Below, in pieces: positions 16,172 to 27,707 of a DNA stretch of 36,029 nucleotides (position 1 is the stretch's first letter; each line of letters starts with the position of its first letter). The notes beneath the pieces were generated by a model. That model saw only the letters and a program-made list of their open reading frames with translations. It had not been told where the DNA came from and did not search any database. The position numbers were made by a program, and so were the translations under genes. This DNA is from an uncultured Rhodospirillaceae bacterium. Its GTDB lineage: Bacteria; Pseudomonadota; Alphaproteobacteria; MPNO01. The DNA lies in the NCBI GenBank assembly GCA_937916005.1, contig CALGIA010000296.1, positions 1 to 36,029 of the forward strand, given 5' to 3'.

Positions 16172-18027
16172 GCGCCAAAGGATTTTTGGCGCTGGCGCTG
16201 GCCGGGCTGCTGCTGGTTCCCTGCGGGACGGCCCATGGGGACAGCGCGGCAACCAGCCACGGCATTTCGGTCTTCGGCGATCTGAAATACAAGGCCGGGT
16301 TCAAGAATTTCGACTATGTGAACCCGGACGCGCCCAAGGGCGGCGAGCTGCGGCTTTGGGGACTCGATAATTTTGAAACGCTGAACCCGTTCCTCCTCAA
16401 GGGCAGCAAGGAAGAATGGAGCGGGCTGCTGTTCGACACATTAATGGCGCGCGCGACCGACGAACCCGATGCGCTTTACGGGCTGGTCGCCGAAACCGTC
16501 ATCCTTCCCAAGGACGGCGGCTGGGTCGCCTTCAACCTGAACCCCAAAGCCAGATTCAGCGATGGGACGAACATAACCGCGGCGGATGTGGTCTTCACCT
16601 TCAACGCCCTGATCAAGGACGGCCACCCCAGCTACCGGATTTTATATCGCGACGTGGCGAGCGTGACGGCGACGGGGCCCAACAAAGTACGTTTCAATTT
16701 CAAGCCGGGCCGCCATCGGGATTTGCCGACCCGGTTGGCCGCGCTGCCGGTGCTGTCGAAAGCCTATTACCAAAAGATCGATTTCACCAAAACCACCTTC
16801 GAGCCGCCGCTGGGAAGCGGGGCCTACAAGGTCGCCAAGCTGGAACCGGGCCGGTCCATCGTCTATGGCCGCGACCCCGATTACTGGGCGCGCGATCTGC
16901 CGGTCAATCGGGGGCGTTATAATTTCGACCGGATCCGTATCGACTACTACCGTGACCGGGACGTGGCGTTTCAGGCCATCTTCGCCGGCGCCTATGATTT
17001 TCGCGAGGAATTCACGTCCAAGAGCTGGGCCACCCAGTACGACAAGCCGCCGGTGCGCGACGGGCTGATCCTGACGGAAACCCTGGCCGACGAGACGCCG
17101 TCGGGGGTGCAGGCGTTTTTCTTCAATCTGCGGCGCGACAAATTCAAGGACCGCCGGGTGCGTGAGGCGCTCGATCTGGCCTTCGACTTCGAATGGACCA
17201 ACAAGAATTTATTCTTCGGTCAGTATGACCGCACCAATTCCATGTTCGAGAATTCAACCCTGGCCGCCCATGCGCCGCCGGACGCCGCCGAGCTTGCTCT
17301 GCTGGAACCGCTGCGCGGCAAAATACCGGACGAGGTCTTCGAACGCCCCTATAAATCGCCGGTCACCGACGGTTCGGGGCATATAAGGGGCAATCTGCGC
17401 AAAGCGGCCAAGCTGCTCCGGGCGGCGGGGTACAGAGTCCGGAAAGGCGTGCTCACCGACGGGAAAGGCGCTACATTCACCGTGGAATTCCTGCTTTTCG
17501 AAGCGTCGTTCCAGCGCATCATCGGGCCCTATATCCGCAATCTCAAACGGCTCGGCATTCAGGCCTCGATCCGGATCGTCGATGTGGCCAATTTCAAGGT
17601 CCGGTCGGACAAGTTCGATTACGACGTGGTCATCAGGCGCTTTGTCCAGCCGCTGACGCCGGGCATCGAACAGCGCAATTATTTCGGGTCCGCCAATGCG
17701 GACACCCCGGGCACGCTGAACGCCGCCGGCATCAAGGATGCGGCCGTCGATTCGCTGATCGAAAAAGTCGCCGACGCGGCGTCGCGCCCCGATCTGGTGG
17801 CCGCAGCCCGCGCGCTTGACCGGGTGCTGATGTGGAACAGATACTCCCTTCCCCAATGGTATAAGGGCGTGCACAACATCGCCTTCTGGAACAAATTCGG
17901 ACGGCCGAAAATCAAACCGAAATTCGGACTCGACGTGGTCGAAACCTGGTGGTTCGATTCGAAAAAAGCCGCCATGATCGCCGCCGGAAAAGCGCCGCCC
18001 GCGCCGGGCGCTCCGTCCACACCATGA
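16168..18027 (+). CDS. yejA: ABC transporter substrate-binding protein, family 5, YejA-like, copy 2 (paralog)
   Basis: GTG 16168 overlaps the copy 1 stop (GTGA). Signal peptide [24 protein letters not shown]. Colinear with copy 1 ([50 protein letters not shown]). Confidence 0.85.
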   Translation: MSAKGFLALALAGLLLVPCGTAHGDSAATSHGISVFGDLKYKAGFKNFDYVNPDAPKGGELRLWGLDNFETLNPFLLKGSKEEWSGLLFDTLMARATDEPDALYGLVAETVILPKDGGWVAFNLNPKARFSDGTNITAADVVFTFNALIKDGHPSYRILYRDVASVTATGPNKVRFNFKPGRHRDLPTRLAALPVLSKAYYQKIDFTKTTFEPPLGSGAYKVAKLEPGRSIVYGRDPDYWARDLPVNRGRYNFDRIRIDYYRDRDVAFQAIFAGAYDFREEFTSKSWATQYDKPPVRDGLILTETLADETPSGVQAFFFNLRRDKFKDRRVREALDLAFDFEWTNKNLFFGQYDRTNSMFENSTLAAHAPPDAAELALLEPLRGKIPDEVFERPYKSPVTDGSGHIRGNLRKAAKLLRAAGYRVRKGVLTDGKGATFTVEFLLFEASFQRIIGPYIRNLKRLGIQASIRIVDVANFKVRSDKFDYDVVIRRFVQPLTPGIEQRNYFGSANADTPGTLNAAGIKDAAVDSLIEKVADAASRPDLVAAARALDRVLMWNRYSLPQWYKGVHNIAFWNKFGRPKIKPKFGLDVVETWWFDSKKAAMIAAGKAPPAPGAPSTP

Positions 18028-18040
18028 AGGCTTAATCCGG

Positions 18041-19159
18041 ATGCTTGCCTATATCGTCCGCCGGCTTCTTCTGATCATCCCCACTTTGATCGGCATCATG
18101 GTGATCAACTTCACCATCGTGCAGTTCGCGCCGGGCGGCCCGATCGAACAGATCATCGCCCAGGTCACGGGCACGGATGCGGGCGCGACCGCGCGGATCG
18201 GCGGCGGGCGCGCGTCGGAAACCGGGGCCACGGGACAAACCACCGGTGCGCAATCCGGGGCCGCCAACGCCACCAGCAAGTATCGCGGCGCACAGGGGCT
18301 CGACCCCGAATTCATCCAGCAGCTGGAAAAGCAGTTCGGCTTCGACAAGCCGCTGCAGGAACGGTTCCTGTTCATGATGGCGAATTATGTGAGGTTCGAT
18401 TTCGGCACCAGCTATTTCCGCGATGAAACCGTGATCGATCTGGTGCTGGAAAAAATGCCCGTGTCCATATCGCTCGGCCTGTGGACCACCCTGATCGTCT
18501 ATCTGATATCGATCCCGCTGGGAATCCGCAAAGCCGTGCATGACGGCACCCCGTTCGACATCTGGACCAGCGGTTTCATCATTGTCGGATATGCCATACC
18601 CGGTTTCCTGTTTGCGCTGCTGCTGGTGGTGATGTTCGCCGGCGGCAGTTTCCTCGACTGGTTTCCGCTGCGCGGCCTCACGTCGGAGAATTGGGACCAG
18701 CTCAGCCCCTTGGGCAAGGCCACCGACTATCTGTGGCATTTGGTGTTGCCGGTGGTCGCCATGGTGATCAGCGGTTTCGCCGGACTGACCATGCTGACCA
18801 AAAATTCGTTTCTGGACCAGATCAACATGCAATATGTCCAAACCGCCCGGGCCAAAGGGCTGAACGAGCAGCGCGTGTTGTATGGCCATGTGTTCCGCAA
18901 TGCCATGCTGATCGTCATCGCCGGGTTTCCGGCCGCCTTCATCGGTATTCTGTTCACCGGCCAATTGCTGATCGAGATCATCTTTTCCCTCGATGGGCTG
19001 GGGCTGTTGGGGTTCGAGGCCGTGATCAAGCGGGACTATCCGATCATGTTCGCGTCATTGTTCTTTTTCACCCTGCTGGGGCTGGTGATGAATTTGATCG
19101 GCGACATCGCCTATACCATCATCGACCCGCGCATTGATTTCGAGGCGCGCGATGTCTGA
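18041..19159 (+). CDS. yejB: ABC transporter permease YejB-like
   Basis: 372 aa BPD-type permease. N-terminus [34 protein letters not shown]; contains the characteristic Gly/Ala/Thr-rich insertion before the [17 protein letters not shown] motif. Confidence 0.85.
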   Translation: MLAYIVRRLLLIIPTLIGIMVINFTIVQFAPGGPIEQIIAQVTGTDAGATARIGGGRASETGATGQTTGAQSGAANATSKYRGAQGLDPEFIQQLEKQFGFDKPLQERFLFMMANYVRFDFGTSYFRDETVIDLVLEKMPVSISLGLWTTLIVYLISIPLGIRKAVHDGTPFDIWTSGFIIVGYAIPGFLFALLLVVMFAGGSFLDWFPLRGLTSENWDQLSPLGKATDYLWHLVLPVVAMVISGFAGLTMLTKNSFLDQINMQYVQTARAKGLNEQRVLYGHVFRNAMLIVIAGFPAAFIGILFTGQLLIEIIFSLDGLGLLGFEAVIKRDYPIMFASLFFFTLLGLVMNLIGDIAYTIIDPRIDFEARDV

Positions 19160-20213
19160 GCATGTGCGCGCCAGATTTCTCGGCAAATCCATCACCCCCA
19201 TGACCGAGCGCCGGCTGCGCAATTTCCGCGCCAACCGGCGGGGCTTCATCTCGCTGTGGTTCTTCCTGGCCATTTTCACGGTGACGTTGTTTGCTGAATT
19301 CATCGCCAACGACAAGCCGTTGATGGTGACCTATCAGGGCAGTACCTATTTTCCCGTCTTCAAAATCTATCCCGAAACCGTATTCGGCGGCGATTTCGAA
19401 ACCGAGGCGGAATACCGGGAATCCGACGTCCGGGAACTGATCACGTCGAAAGGCGGCAGGATATACTGGCCGCTGATCCGCTATAGCTACCGCACGGTAA
19501 ATCTGAATCTGAAAACTCCGGCGCCGTCGCCGCCCACGGGGGAAAACTGGCTCGGCACCGACGACCAGGCCCGGGACGTGGTGGCGCGGCTGGTCTATGG
19601 CTTCCGCATATCGGTGCTGTTCGGCCTGACCCTGACGATTTTCTCGTCGATTGTCGGGGTCGCCGCCGGCGCGGTGCAGGGGTTTTTCGGCGGCTGGACC
19701 GATCTGCTGTTTCAGCGCTTCATCGAAATATGGTCGGGACTGCCCACCTTGTTCCTGCTGATTATCCTGGCCAGCGTGGTGACGCCCAATTTCTGGTGGC
19801 TGTTGGGAATCATGCTGATGTTCAGCTGGATGTCCCTGGTCGGCGTGGTGCGGGCCGAATTCCTGCGCGCGCGGAACTTCGATTACGTACGCGCCGCCCG
19901 GGCGCTGGGCGTCGGCAATTTCACCATCATGCGCCGCCATGTGCTGCCCAATGCCATGGTGGCGACGCTGACCTTCATGCCGTTCATCCTGACCGGGTCG
20001 ATCACCACGCTGACGTCGCTGGATTTTCTGGGGTTCGGACTGCCGCCCGGTTCGCCGTCGCTGGGCGAGCTGCTGGCCCAGGGCAAGGCCAATCTGCAGG
20101 CCCCGTGGCTGATCCTGACCGCGTTTTTCATATTGGCGATCATGCTGAGCCTGCTGATTTTTGTCGGCGAGGCGGTGCGTGACGCCTTCGATCCGCGAAA
20201 GACCCTCGAATGA
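19152..20213 (+). CDS. yejE: ABC transporter permease YejE-like
   Basis: ATG 19152 overlaps the yejB end by 8 nt. [38 protein letters not shown], then a DppC/OppC-like permease core. Confidence 0.85.
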   Translation: MSEHVRARFLGKSITPMTERRLRNFRANRRGFISLWFFLAIFTVTLFAEFIANDKPLMVTYQGSTYFPVFKIYPETVFGGDFETEAEYRESDVRELITSKGGRIYWPLIRYSYRTVNLNLKTPAPSPPTGENWLGTDDQARDVVARLVYGFRISVLFGLTLTIFSSIVGVAAGAVQGFFGGWTDLLFQRFIEIWSGLPTLFLLIILASVVTPNFWWLLGIMLMFSWMSLVGVVRAEFLRARNFDYVRAARALGVGNFTIMRRHVLPNAMVATLTFMPFILTGSITTLTSLDFLGFGLPPGSPSLGELLAQGKANLQAPWLILTAFFILAIMLSLLIFVGEAVRDAFDPRKTLE

Positions 20214-21853
20214 GTAAGGGGATGAGTGAGGAAAAATTACTCAGCATCAGAGGTCTGTCGGTTTCCTTCGGCCAGGGGGACCGGGAAGTCCGCGCCGTAA
20301 AGAACATTTCCTTCGACATCGGAGAGGGCGAAACCGTGGCGCTGGTGGGTGAAAGTGGATCGGGCAAATCGGTCACGGCGCTGTCGGTCATACAGCTACT
20401 TCCCTATCCGCTGGCCCATCACCCGTCGGGCAGCATCAAATTTCGCGGCCAGGAACTGATGGGCGCGCCCAATTCGGAGCTCCATTCCATCCGGGGCGAC
20501 CGGATCGCGATCATTTTCCAGGAGCCCATGACGTCGCTCAACCCGCTGCACACCATTGAGCGCCAGGTCGGCGAAATCATGATGGTCCACAAGGGGCTCG
20601 ACAAGGCGCAGGCGCGGGAACGCATCATCGATCTGCTGACCCAGGTCGGGTTGCCCGAGGTGGAAAGCCGGTTGAAGGACTACCCCCATCAACTCTCGGG
20701 CGGACAGCGTCAGCGGGTGATGATCGCCATGGCCCTGGCCAATGATCCGGACCTTCTGATCGCCGACGAGCCGACCACGGCGCTGGATGTCACGATCCAG
20801 GCGCAGATCCTTAAACTGCTGCGGGATTTGCAGCAAAAGCGCGGCCTGTCCATGCTGCTGATCACCCATGATCTGGGCATCGTGCGCAAGGTGGCCGACC
20901 GGGTTTGCGTGATGACCGGCGGCGAGATCGTCGAGGCCGGCGAGACCGAGGAAATTTTCGAGCGCCCGGTTCACGCCTATACAAAACACCTGCTGGCCGC
21001 CGAACCGAAAGGTCATCCGGGCAAGCCCCGGGAAGATGCCGCCGAGATCATGGCGACCGATGACCTGAAGGTCTGGTTTCCCGTCAAGCGCGGCGTGCTG
21101 CGCCGGACCATCGGCCACATCAAGGCGGTCGACGGCGTGACCATGCGGGTGCGTGAAGGCCATACGGTGGGCGTGGTGGGGGAAAGCGGCTCGGGCAAGA
21201 CTACCCTCGCCATGGGGCTGCTGCGGCTGCAATCCAGCATGGGCGACATCCGGTTTCGGGGAAACAACATCCATGAGCTGGGATGGAAGGAACTGCGCCC
21301 GTTACGGCGCGAGATGCAAATCGTTTTCCAGGACCCCTACGGATCGCTCAGCCCGCGCATGTCCATCGGGCAGATCATCGAGGAAGGCCTGCTGGTTCAT
21401 GGCGGGGCCGGAAATTACCATGAACGCCGCACCCTGATCGCCGGGGCCCTGACCGAAGTCGGGCTGGAACCCGACATGCAGGACCGCTACCCCCATGAAT
21501 TTTCCGGCGGCCAGCGCCAGCGCATCGCCATTGCCCGCGCCATGGTGCTGAAACCCAAATTCGTGGTGCTGGATGAACCCACGTCGGCGCTCGACATGTC
21601 GGTCCAGGCCCAGATCGTCGATCTGCTGCGCGATCTGCAGGACCGCCACCGCCTGGCCTATCTGTTCATCAGCCACGATCTGAAGGTGGTGCGCGCCCTG
21701 GCCGATGAAGTCATCGTCATGCGCGCGGGAAAGGTGGTGGAACAGGGACCCGCCGACGGCATTTTTGAGAACCCAAAGGAACCCTATACCCGCGCCCTGA
21801 TCGCCGCCGCCTTCGACATCGAAGCCATCGAGCCGGACGTGGTCTCGGATTAA
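20210..21853 (+). CDS. yejF: ABC transporter ATP-binding protein with duplicated ATPase domains, YejF-like
   Basis: ATGA overlap with yejE. Two Walker A sites ([16 protein letters not shown]) and two signature motifs ([16 protein letters not shown]). Confidence 0.9.
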   Translation: MSKGMSEEKLLSIRGLSVSFGQGDREVRAVKNISFDIGEGETVALVGESGSGKSVTALSVIQLLPYPLAHHPSGSIKFRGQELMGAPNSELHSIRGDRIAIIFQEPMTSLNPLHTIERQVGEIMMVHKGLDKAQARERIIDLLTQVGLPEVESRLKDYPHQLSGGQRQRVMIAMALANDPDLLIADEPTTALDVTIQAQILKLLRDLQQKRGLSMLLITHDLGIVRKVADRVCVMTGGEIVEAGETEEIFERPVHAYTKHLLAAEPKGHPGKPREDAAEIMATDDLKVWFPVKRGVLRRTIGHIKAVDGVTMRVREGHTVGVVGESGSGKTTLAMGLLRLQSSMGDIRFRGNNIHELGWKELRPLRREMQIVFQDPYGSLSPRMSIGQIIEEGLLVHGGAGNYHERRTLIAGALTEVGLEPDMQDRYPHEFSGGQRQRIAIARAMVLKPKFVVLDEPTSALDMSVQAQIVDLLRDLQDRHRLAYLFISHDLKVVRALADEVIVMRAGKVVEQGPADGIFENPKEPYTRALIAAAFDIEAIEPDVVSD

Positions 21854-21871
21854 CCGCGGATTTGATCGGCG

Positions 21872-23101
21872 CTAGGAAATCCGGAATTTCTCCAGAACGC
21901 CGAGGGCTTCATCCACATCGGCTTGCGTATGATCGGCCGAGATCTGAAAGCGGATTTCCTCGTCCCCCCTGGGCACGACCGGAAAATTGAGGCCGGTGGC
22001 AAGCACGCCATGGTTCCGCAGATGCCCGACCAGAGCCGAGGTCCGGGCGGTATCCCGTATCATCAACGGCACTATCGGATGCGAGCCGGGGATCGTTTCA
22101 TGACCCAGCGAGATCAGCCCCCTTTCGAACCGTTCGGTCATGGCGCGCAGATGGTCCAGAAGCGACACGCCGGGGGGGCTGTCCAGGATATCCAGAGCCC
22201 TGGCCGCGGCGGCGGCCTCTCCCGGCGTGATGGGGTTGGAATAAATGTAGAACGGCGATTTTTCCCTCAGATAGTCGATAATGACGCGGCTTGCCGCCAC
22301 ATAGCCGCCATTGACGCCGAAGGCCTTGCCCAGGGTCGCGATCAGAAGGTCCACGCTGCCCGAGTCCGTATGTTCCTCGGTGCCGCGCCCCGTCGCGCCG
22401 AAGGCCCCCACCCCATGGGAATCGTCGACGGCCACCAGCACGTTTTCCGCGAATGACGTGTCGTATCGGCGCGCCAGTTCCATGATGTCGCCGAGCGGCG
22501 CGTGATCGCCGCGCATGCTGAAAATGCCGTCGGTGATGATGATGGCGCGGCTACATTGCTTTGCCGCCTGTTGCAGGTGATCTTCCAGTTCAGCCATATC
22601 AAGATGGCCGTAGACCCACTTTTCCCGCGGCCGCGCGAGACGCAGGGCATTGATGATACTGTTGTGGTTCAGCGCGTCGCTGATGACCGCCGTGTCGGGC
22701 GTGATCAGCGACGGCAGGACGCCCATGACGGAGGCGTAGGCCGAACTGAAGATCATGGCCGCCTCGCGCCCATGAAACGCGGCCAGCTTCTGTTCCAGTT
22801 CGATGTGCGGCGACCATGTGCCGCTGATGAAACGGACCGCGCCCGGGCCCGTGCCGAAAATCCGGACGGCGTCCTCTTCGGCCTCCATGATTTCCGACCG
22901 CAGCCCCATGCCGAGATAGCTGTTGGAATTCATTCTGAGGAAATGCCGGCCCCCTTCTCCCGCCAGAAGATAGCGGGGGCCATGCCCATCGGCGGGCGGG
23001 ATCACGCCCGCGAAGACGGTCTCGGGCCCCTTGCTGCCGCCGGACGATTCCAGCTCCGCGAGTTCGGATGCCAACAATTTTTCAATGCGTTGATACGGCA
23101 T
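21872..23101 (-). CDS. kbl: Glycine C-acetyltransferase (2-amino-3-ketobutyrate CoA ligase), alpha-oxoamine synthase family
   Basis: 409 aa with VRFISGT, SDALNHNSII, DDSHGVGAFGATGRG and the PLP-Lys context ATLGKAFG. It lies directly downstream of an SDR-type threonine dehydrogenase gene. Confidence 0.8.
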   Translation of the reverse strand: MPYQRIEKLLASELAELESSGGSKGPETVFAGVIPPADGHGPRYLLAGEGGRHFLRMNSNSYLGMGLRSEIMEAEEDAVRIFGTGPGAVRFISGTWSPHIELEQKLAAFHGREAAMIFSSAYASVMGVLPSLITPDTAVISDALNHNSIINALRLARPREKWVYGHLDMAELEDHLQQAAKQCSRAIIITDGIFSMRGDHAPLGDIMELARRYDTSFAENVLVAVDDSHGVGAFGATGRGTEEHTDSGSVDLLIATLGKAFGVNGGYVAASRVIIDYLREKSPFYIYSNPITPGEAAAAARALDILDSPPGVSLLDHLRAMTERFERGLISLGHETIPGSHPIVPLMIRDTARTSALVGHLRNHGVLATGLNFPVVPRGDEEIRFQISADHTQADVDEALGVLEKFRIS

Positions 23102-23128
23102 GTGCGCCTCCCTCGCGGCGGTGGGGTT

Positions 23129-24079
23129 TCAGTTTGCCGGTTTGAGCTTCAGCCTGAGCTTATCCAGCATGTCCCGCGTCATGGTTCCCAGATCATAGGA
23201 AGGAATCCATCCCCATTCCGCCCTGGCCGCGCTGTCGTCGACCGAGCGCGGCCATGAATCGGCGATCGCCTGCCGCACGGGATCGATTTCATAATCGATC
23301 TCGAAGTCGGGAATATGTTTGCGGATTTCCGCGGCCAGCTCTTCGGGCGTAAAATTCATCGCCGTCACGTTGAAGGCGTTGCGGTGCTTCAGATTCGCGG
23401 GCGGCGCCGCCATGATCTGGATAATGGCATTGATCGCATCGGGCATGTACATCATGTCGAGGCGCGTATCGCCCCGCAGGAAGCAGCTGTAACGGCGATG
23501 GCGGATCGCCTGATAAAAGATGTCGACGGCATAATCGGTCGTGCCCCCGCCCGGCGGCGCGACGTGGGAAATGATGCCGGGCAGACGCAACCCCCTCGTA
23601 TCCACGCCGAAACGAAGCGCGTAGTAATCGCACAGCAGCTCGCCAGTGACCTTGGTCACCCCGTACATGCTGGTCGGTCGCTGAATCGTGTCCTGGGGGG
23701 TGTTCTCGCGGGGCGTGGTCGGGCCGAAAGCGCCAATGGAGCTGGGCTGGAAGACGGCGCACCCGTATAGCCGCGCGGCCTCCAGCACCAGGAAGGTCCC
23801 GCCCGTGTTCACGTTCCACGCCTCCTGGGGTTTTTCCACGGCGACGGCGGAAAGGAGCGCGGCGAGGTGATATATGACCCCGATATCATGGCGCTGCAAA
23901 AGCTCGTGAAGTTCCTGCGGATCGGTGCAATCCAAATGCTCAACCGGTCCTTCTACTCCACCGGGCGCACCGCGAAGATCGGAGGCCACCACCTGTTCGG
24001 CGCCATGGCGTTCCCTGAGGGCGGGCACGAGTTCGGAGCCGATCTGCCCCAAGGCTCCCGTGACTAGGATTTTTCGCAT
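23129..24079 (-). CDS. tdh: L-threonine 3-dehydrogenase, NAD-dependent epimerase/dehydratase (extended SDR) type
   Basis: 316 aa with the Rossmann motif VTGALGQIGSEL, catalytic YGVTK, and GGGTTDYAVDIF, typical of UDP-galactose-4-epimerase-like TDH. Paired with kbl. Confidence 0.8.
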   Translation of the reverse strand: MRKILVTGALGQIGSELVPALRERHGAEQVVASDLRGAPGGVEGPVEHLDCTDPQELHELLQRHDIGVIYHLAALLSAVAVEKPQEAWNVNTGGTFLVLEAARLYGCAVFQPSSIGAFGPTTPRENTPQDTIQRPTSMYGVTKVTGELLCDYYALRFGVDTRGLRLPGIISHVAPPGGGTTDYAVDIFYQAIRHRRYSCFLRGDTRLDMMYMPDAINAIIQIMAAPPANLKHRNAFNVTAMNFTPEELAAEIRKHIPDFEIDYEIDPVRQAIADSWPRSVDDSAARAEWGWIPSYDLGTMTRDMLDKLRLKLKPAN

Positions 24080-24158
24080 GCCTGCCTCTTGATCACGGCG
24101 ATCACATGAGATGTTGTAACGCGTCTTGAGCGATGCGGCCTAAAGACTACTCCGCCCC

Positions 24159-25169
24159 CTATTCCCAATACGCAAACCCCATGGCGTTGCCGGTGCCGGC
24201 TTCCGACCGGTAGCAGGGCACGTAATCCAGAAGGGTCATGTCGAGACCGGCATCGGTCATGACCGCCGACAGGGGGATCCAGTTTTTGATTTCCGATGTG
24301 CCGGACTGGTAGTGGTCTTCCGGAATCGTGGTCAGCCCGGCGGGGTTGTTGGTCTTCAGCGCATCAAGCACGGGCCGGTCGACGGTTTCATCGATCACGA
24401 AATGGCTCAGCCCGCCCGACGCGATCACCGCGACGGTCTTGTCGCCGTCCCAGCTGTCGATGGCCAGCTTCAACGCCTTGCCGAATTTGTAGCAGCGTTC
24501 GGCGGTCGGCTGGTTCGGTGGATAGAACGTGTTGAGATTGATCGGCACGTTGGGGATCACCCGGTCATTCATGATCCGGCGATAGATGAACCCGAACGCG
24601 TGCGAGACGCCGTTCACATAGCCGGACCCTTTTGGGATCTTCACCGACTGGCCCACATCGAACTCGGCTTCCATCAGGCTTTCGATGATATGGCGGCCGA
24701 AGGCCGGGTGGCCGGGATAGACGGCGTCTTCGGGCGGCGCATGGCCCCGTTCGGCGATGGCGACGCCGGGCGGCAGATTGGCGGTCTGTTCCGCCGTGCG
24801 CGGCCGGTTTTCGATGGTTTCGCCCCAATAGACGGAAAATGCCGGGAAGTTTTCCTCGGTAAACAGTTCATGCTGGTCGTTGCCGATGATGACCACCGCA
24901 TCGGGCGCGGTTTCCTCGAATTTTCTTGCCAGGGCCGCAATGGCGGTCTGGCAGGCCAGATGACGCGCGCCCCAGAGTTCGGGCGTGACCTCCCGTCCCA
25001 GGTTTTCATCGCGGCGCAGCTCGATCAGCTGGTCGAAATTATAGGTGCCGCCCCGAAAACGGAGATCGGCATTTTGCCGGTCGGCGGCGACCCGCCCATC
25101 CCACTGCTCCCAGGGCGTGGTCAGCATGGGGCTGTGGGATGTCGCCAACCCGAGTACGATTCTCGCCAT
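24159..25169 (-). CDS. Class III extradiol ring-cleavage dioxygenase, LigB-family subunit B-like
   Basis: I place the start at ATG 25169 (GGAG about 9 nt upstream; MARIVLGLATSHSPML...), giving 337 aa. Features: GNDQHE, ASGGLSHF and overall LigB-fold length. The ORF-track start at 25352 would run through the ccoN promoter region. Confidence 0.7.
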   Translation of the reverse strand: MARIVLGLATSHSPMLTTPWEQWDGRVAADRQNADLRFRGGTYNFDQLIELRRDENLGREVTPELWGARHLACQTAIAALARKFEETAPDAVVIIGNDQHELFTEENFPAFSVYWGETIENRPRTAEQTANLPPGVAIAERGHAPPEDAVYPGHPAFGRHIIESLMEAEFDVGQSVKIPKGSGYVNGVSHAFGFIYRRIMNDRVIPNVPINLNTFYPPNQPTAERCYKFGKALKLAIDSWDGDKTVAVIASGGLSHFVIDETVDRPVLDALKTNNPAGLTTIPEDHYQSGTSEIKNWIPLSAVMTDAGLDMTLLDYVPCYRSEAGTGNAMGFAYWE

Positions 25170-25260
25170 TTTACAACTCCGTCTACCTTGCGATTTGACT
25201 CCCATTGTTTCACTATGGCTACCGGCGAACAAGGAAATGGATACAAGAAGCGAAGGCGGC

Positions 25261-25274
25261 TTTACCTGCATCAA
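25261..25274. promoter_or_regulatory. Candidate FNR/FixK-type box TTTAC-CTGC-ATCAA upstream of ccoN
   Basis: 8/10 match to TTGAT-N4-ATCAA. It is centred about 70 nt upstream of the proposed ccoN start. ccoN/fixN operons are classically FNR/FixK dependent. The conserved G of the left half-site is missing, so this is weak. Confidence 0.3.
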
Positions 25275-25336
25275 TGTCGGCGATGGTTCCATTGAGTACA
25301 AGTAACGCCAAGGCCCCGAATACAAGAGGACAATGC

Positions 25337-26950
25337 GTGCCCGCCATTTCAAATGCCCTATGGTCCCTGTTCATGGTTGGGGGGACCGCGCTCGGCGCCA
25401 CCCTTGCGATCAACGCCGCCGACCCCGGATACCTGGTTCATGGCGTGCTGCTGGGCGCGTTCTGTGTGCTCGGGCTGGTATTCATGTATGCAAGGCGCGG
25501 CGCGGATGTTGCCACGGACGCCAGCCCGTATAACGATTCGGTTGTGCGCGCGGCGGTAATCGCCTGCACGTTCTGGGGCATAACCGGGTTTCTGGTCGGG
25601 CTGGTGATCGCCCTGCAGTTGGCCTTTCCGGCCCTGAATTTAGATCTGCCCTGGACCAGCTTTGGCCGCTTGCGCCCGCTGCACACCTCGGCGGTGATTT
25701 TCGCATTCGGCGGAAACGCCCTGATTGCGTGCTCATTCTTCATCGTGCAGCGCACCTGCCGCGTACGGCTGGCCGGCAGATGGGCGCCCTGGTTCGTGTT
25801 CTGGGGGTATCAGCTGTTCATCGTGCTGGCCGCCACGGGATATGTGCTGGGCGTGACCCAATCCAAGGAATATGCCGAACCGGAATGGTATGTCGATCTG
25901 TGGCTGACCATTGTCTGGGTGGTTTACCTGCTGGTGTTCCTGGTGACGGTGATGCGCCGCCGCGAACCGCATATCTATGTGGCCAACTGGTTCTTCCTGG
26001 CCTTCATCATCACGGTGGCCATGCTGCATGTGGTCAATAATCTGGCGGTCCCCGTGTCGTTTTTCGGGGCCAAAAGCTATGTTGTCTTCGCCGGCGTACA
26101 GGATGCGATGATCCAGTGGTGGTACGCCCATAACGCGGTCGGGTTTTTCCTGACCGCCGGTTTCCTGGGCATCATGTATTATTTCGTGCCCAAGCGCGCC
26201 GAACGCCCGATCTATTCCTATCGTCTGTCGGTGGTTCATTTCTGGTCGCTGATCTTTCTCTATATCTGGGCCGGTCCGCACCATCTGCACTACACGGCGC
26301 TGCCCGATTGGGCCCAGACCCTGGGCATGACGTTTTCGATCATGCTGTGGATGCCGTCCTGGGGCGGCATGATCAACGGGCTGATGACCCTGTCGGGCGC
26401 CTGGGACAAGCTGCGCACCGACCCGGTCATGCGCATGCTGGTGGTGTCGGTGGCCTTTTACGGCATGAGCACCTTCGAAGGACCGGTCATGTCGATCAAG
26501 GCGGTCAACGCGCTGAGCCATTACACCGACTGGACCATCGGGCACGTCCATTCCGGCGCGCTGGGCTGGGTCGCCTTCGTCAGCTTCGGCGCGCTTTACA
26601 TGCTGGTGCCGTCCCTGTGGAAGCGGGAACGGCTGTATTCGCTGCGCATGGTCGAGTGGCATTTCTGGATCGCCACCATCGGGATCCTGCTCTACATCAC
26701 GGCCATGTGGGTGTCGGGCATCATGCAGGGGCTGATGTGGCGCGCTTATGACAATCTGGGTTTCCTGGAATATTCCTTCGTGGAAACCGTCGAGGCCATG
26801 CATCCCTATTACATGATCCGGGCCCTGGGCGGGGCGCTGTTCCTGACCGGCGCGTTGATCATGGTCTATAATTTATGGCGCACCGCGCGGGGCGACGTAC
26901 GAATCGCGGAACCGGAAGTGCCGCCCAATATTGCGCCGGTGATGGCATGA
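25337..26950 (+). CDS. ccoN: cbb3-type cytochrome c oxidase subunit I
   Basis: Near-colinear, from memory, with Bradyrhizobium FixN: [81 protein letters not shown] propose GTG 25337 as the start because of AAGAGGA 6 nt upstream. In-frame ATGs at 25274/25283 are alternatives without a Shine-Dalgarno. Confidence 0.9.
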   Translation: MPAISNALWSLFMVGGTALGATLAINAADPGYLVHGVLLGAFCVLGLVFMYARRGADVATDASPYNDSVVRAAVIACTFWGITGFLVGLVIALQLAFPALNLDLPWTSFGRLRPLHTSAVIFAFGGNALIACSFFIVQRTCRVRLAGRWAPWFVFWGYQLFIVLAATGYVLGVTQSKEYAEPEWYVDLWLTIVWVVYLLVFLVTVMRRREPHIYVANWFFLAFIITVAMLHVVNNLAVPVSFFGAKSYVVFAGVQDAMIQWWYAHNAVGFFLTAGFLGIMYYFVPKRAERPIYSYRLSVVHFWSLIFLYIWAGPHHLHYTALPDWAQTLGMTFSIMLWMPSWGGMINGLMTLSGAWDKLRTDPVMRMLVVSVAFYGMSTFEGPVMSIKAVNALSHYTDWTIGHVHSGALGWVAFVSFGALYMLVPSLWKRERLYSLRMVEWHFWIATIGILLYITAMWVSGIMQGLMWRAYDNLGFLEYSFVETVEAMHPYYMIRALGGALFLTGALIMVYNLWRTARGDVRIAEPEVPPNIAPVMA

Positions 26951-26960
26951 AGGTGGCGTC

Positions 26961-27698
26961 ATGAAACGGTTCAGGCATGAAATCATCGAAAAGAACTCGA
27001 TCCTGCTGCTGATCGGGACGCTGATCGTGGCGTCCATCGGCGGCATCGTCGAAATCGTGCCCCTGTTCTATCTGGAAAGCACCATTGAGAAGGTCGAGGG
27101 TGTCCGGCCCTATTCGCCGCTGGAACTGGCCGGGCGCAATATTTACATCCGCGAGGGCTGCTATGGCTGCCATAGCCAGATGGTGCGGACGCTGCGCGAC
27201 GAGGTCGAACGCTGGGGCCATTACAGCCTGGCCGCCGAAAGCATCTATGACCATCCGTTCCAGTGGGGATCGAAGCGCACCGGGCCCGATCTGGCCCGGG
27301 TCGGCGGTCGCTATTCCGATGACTGGCACGTGGCCCACATGAAAAACCCGCGCAGCCTGGTGCCCGAATCCATCATGCCCGGATACCCGTTCCTGGCCCA
27401 GACCCCGTTGAAATACGATGATATCGCCGCGCATCTGGCGGCCAACCGCACGGTGGGCGTGCCCTATACAGATGACATGATCGCCAAGGCGGTCTCCGAC
27501 GTCCGCACCCAGACCAACCCGGAGTCCGATGACGGCGACGCTTTCATGGCCCGTTACCCCAAGGCCCAGCAGCGCGATTTCGACGCCAACCCGAAGATGG
27601 TTTCCGAGCTGGACGCGCTGATCGCCTATATGCAGATGCTGGGCACGCTGGTTGATTTCAGCGGCTATAAAGCCGATTCCCCCGAAAACCGGCGCTAG
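26961..27698 (+). CDS. ccoO: cbb3-type cytochrome c oxidase subunit II (monohaem)
   Basis: 245 aa with an N-terminal TM helix, the haem motif [23 protein letters not shown], and HMKNPRS. Confidence 0.95.
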   Translation: MKRFRHEIIEKNSILLLIGTLIVASIGGIVEIVPLFYLESTIEKVEGVRPYSPLELAGRNIYIREGCYGCHSQMVRTLRDEVERWGHYSLAAESIYDHPFQWGSKRTGPDLARVGGRYSDDWHVAHMKNPRSLVPESIMPGYPFLAQTPLKYDDIAAHLAANRTVGVPYTDDMIAKAVSDVRTQTNPESDDGDAFMARYPKAQQRDFDANPKMVSELDALIAYMQMLGTLVDFSGYKADSPENRR

Positions 27699-27707
27699 AG
27701 GGGATTG

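Noticed and set aside
25205-25336. N-terminal 44 codons of the ORF-track ccoN, plus analogous upstream extensions of yejA (14222), yejA' (16111), ccoP (27793), nudC (9479), GST (4925), PAS (12930) and yciI-like (2193)
   Set aside because: The extensions overlap upstream genes or intergenic regulatory DNA, lack family similarity, and internal starts have better Shine-Dalgarno sequences or signal peptides. The exact starts remain predictions.
24159-25352. ORF-track version of the LigB-like gene, extended by 61 codons at the N-terminus
   Set aside because: The extension ([20 protein letters not shown]...) has no similarity to the family and crosses the ccoN upstream region. The internal ATG at 25169 has a GGAG Shine-Dalgarno and gives the canonical MARIVLG...SHSP start.
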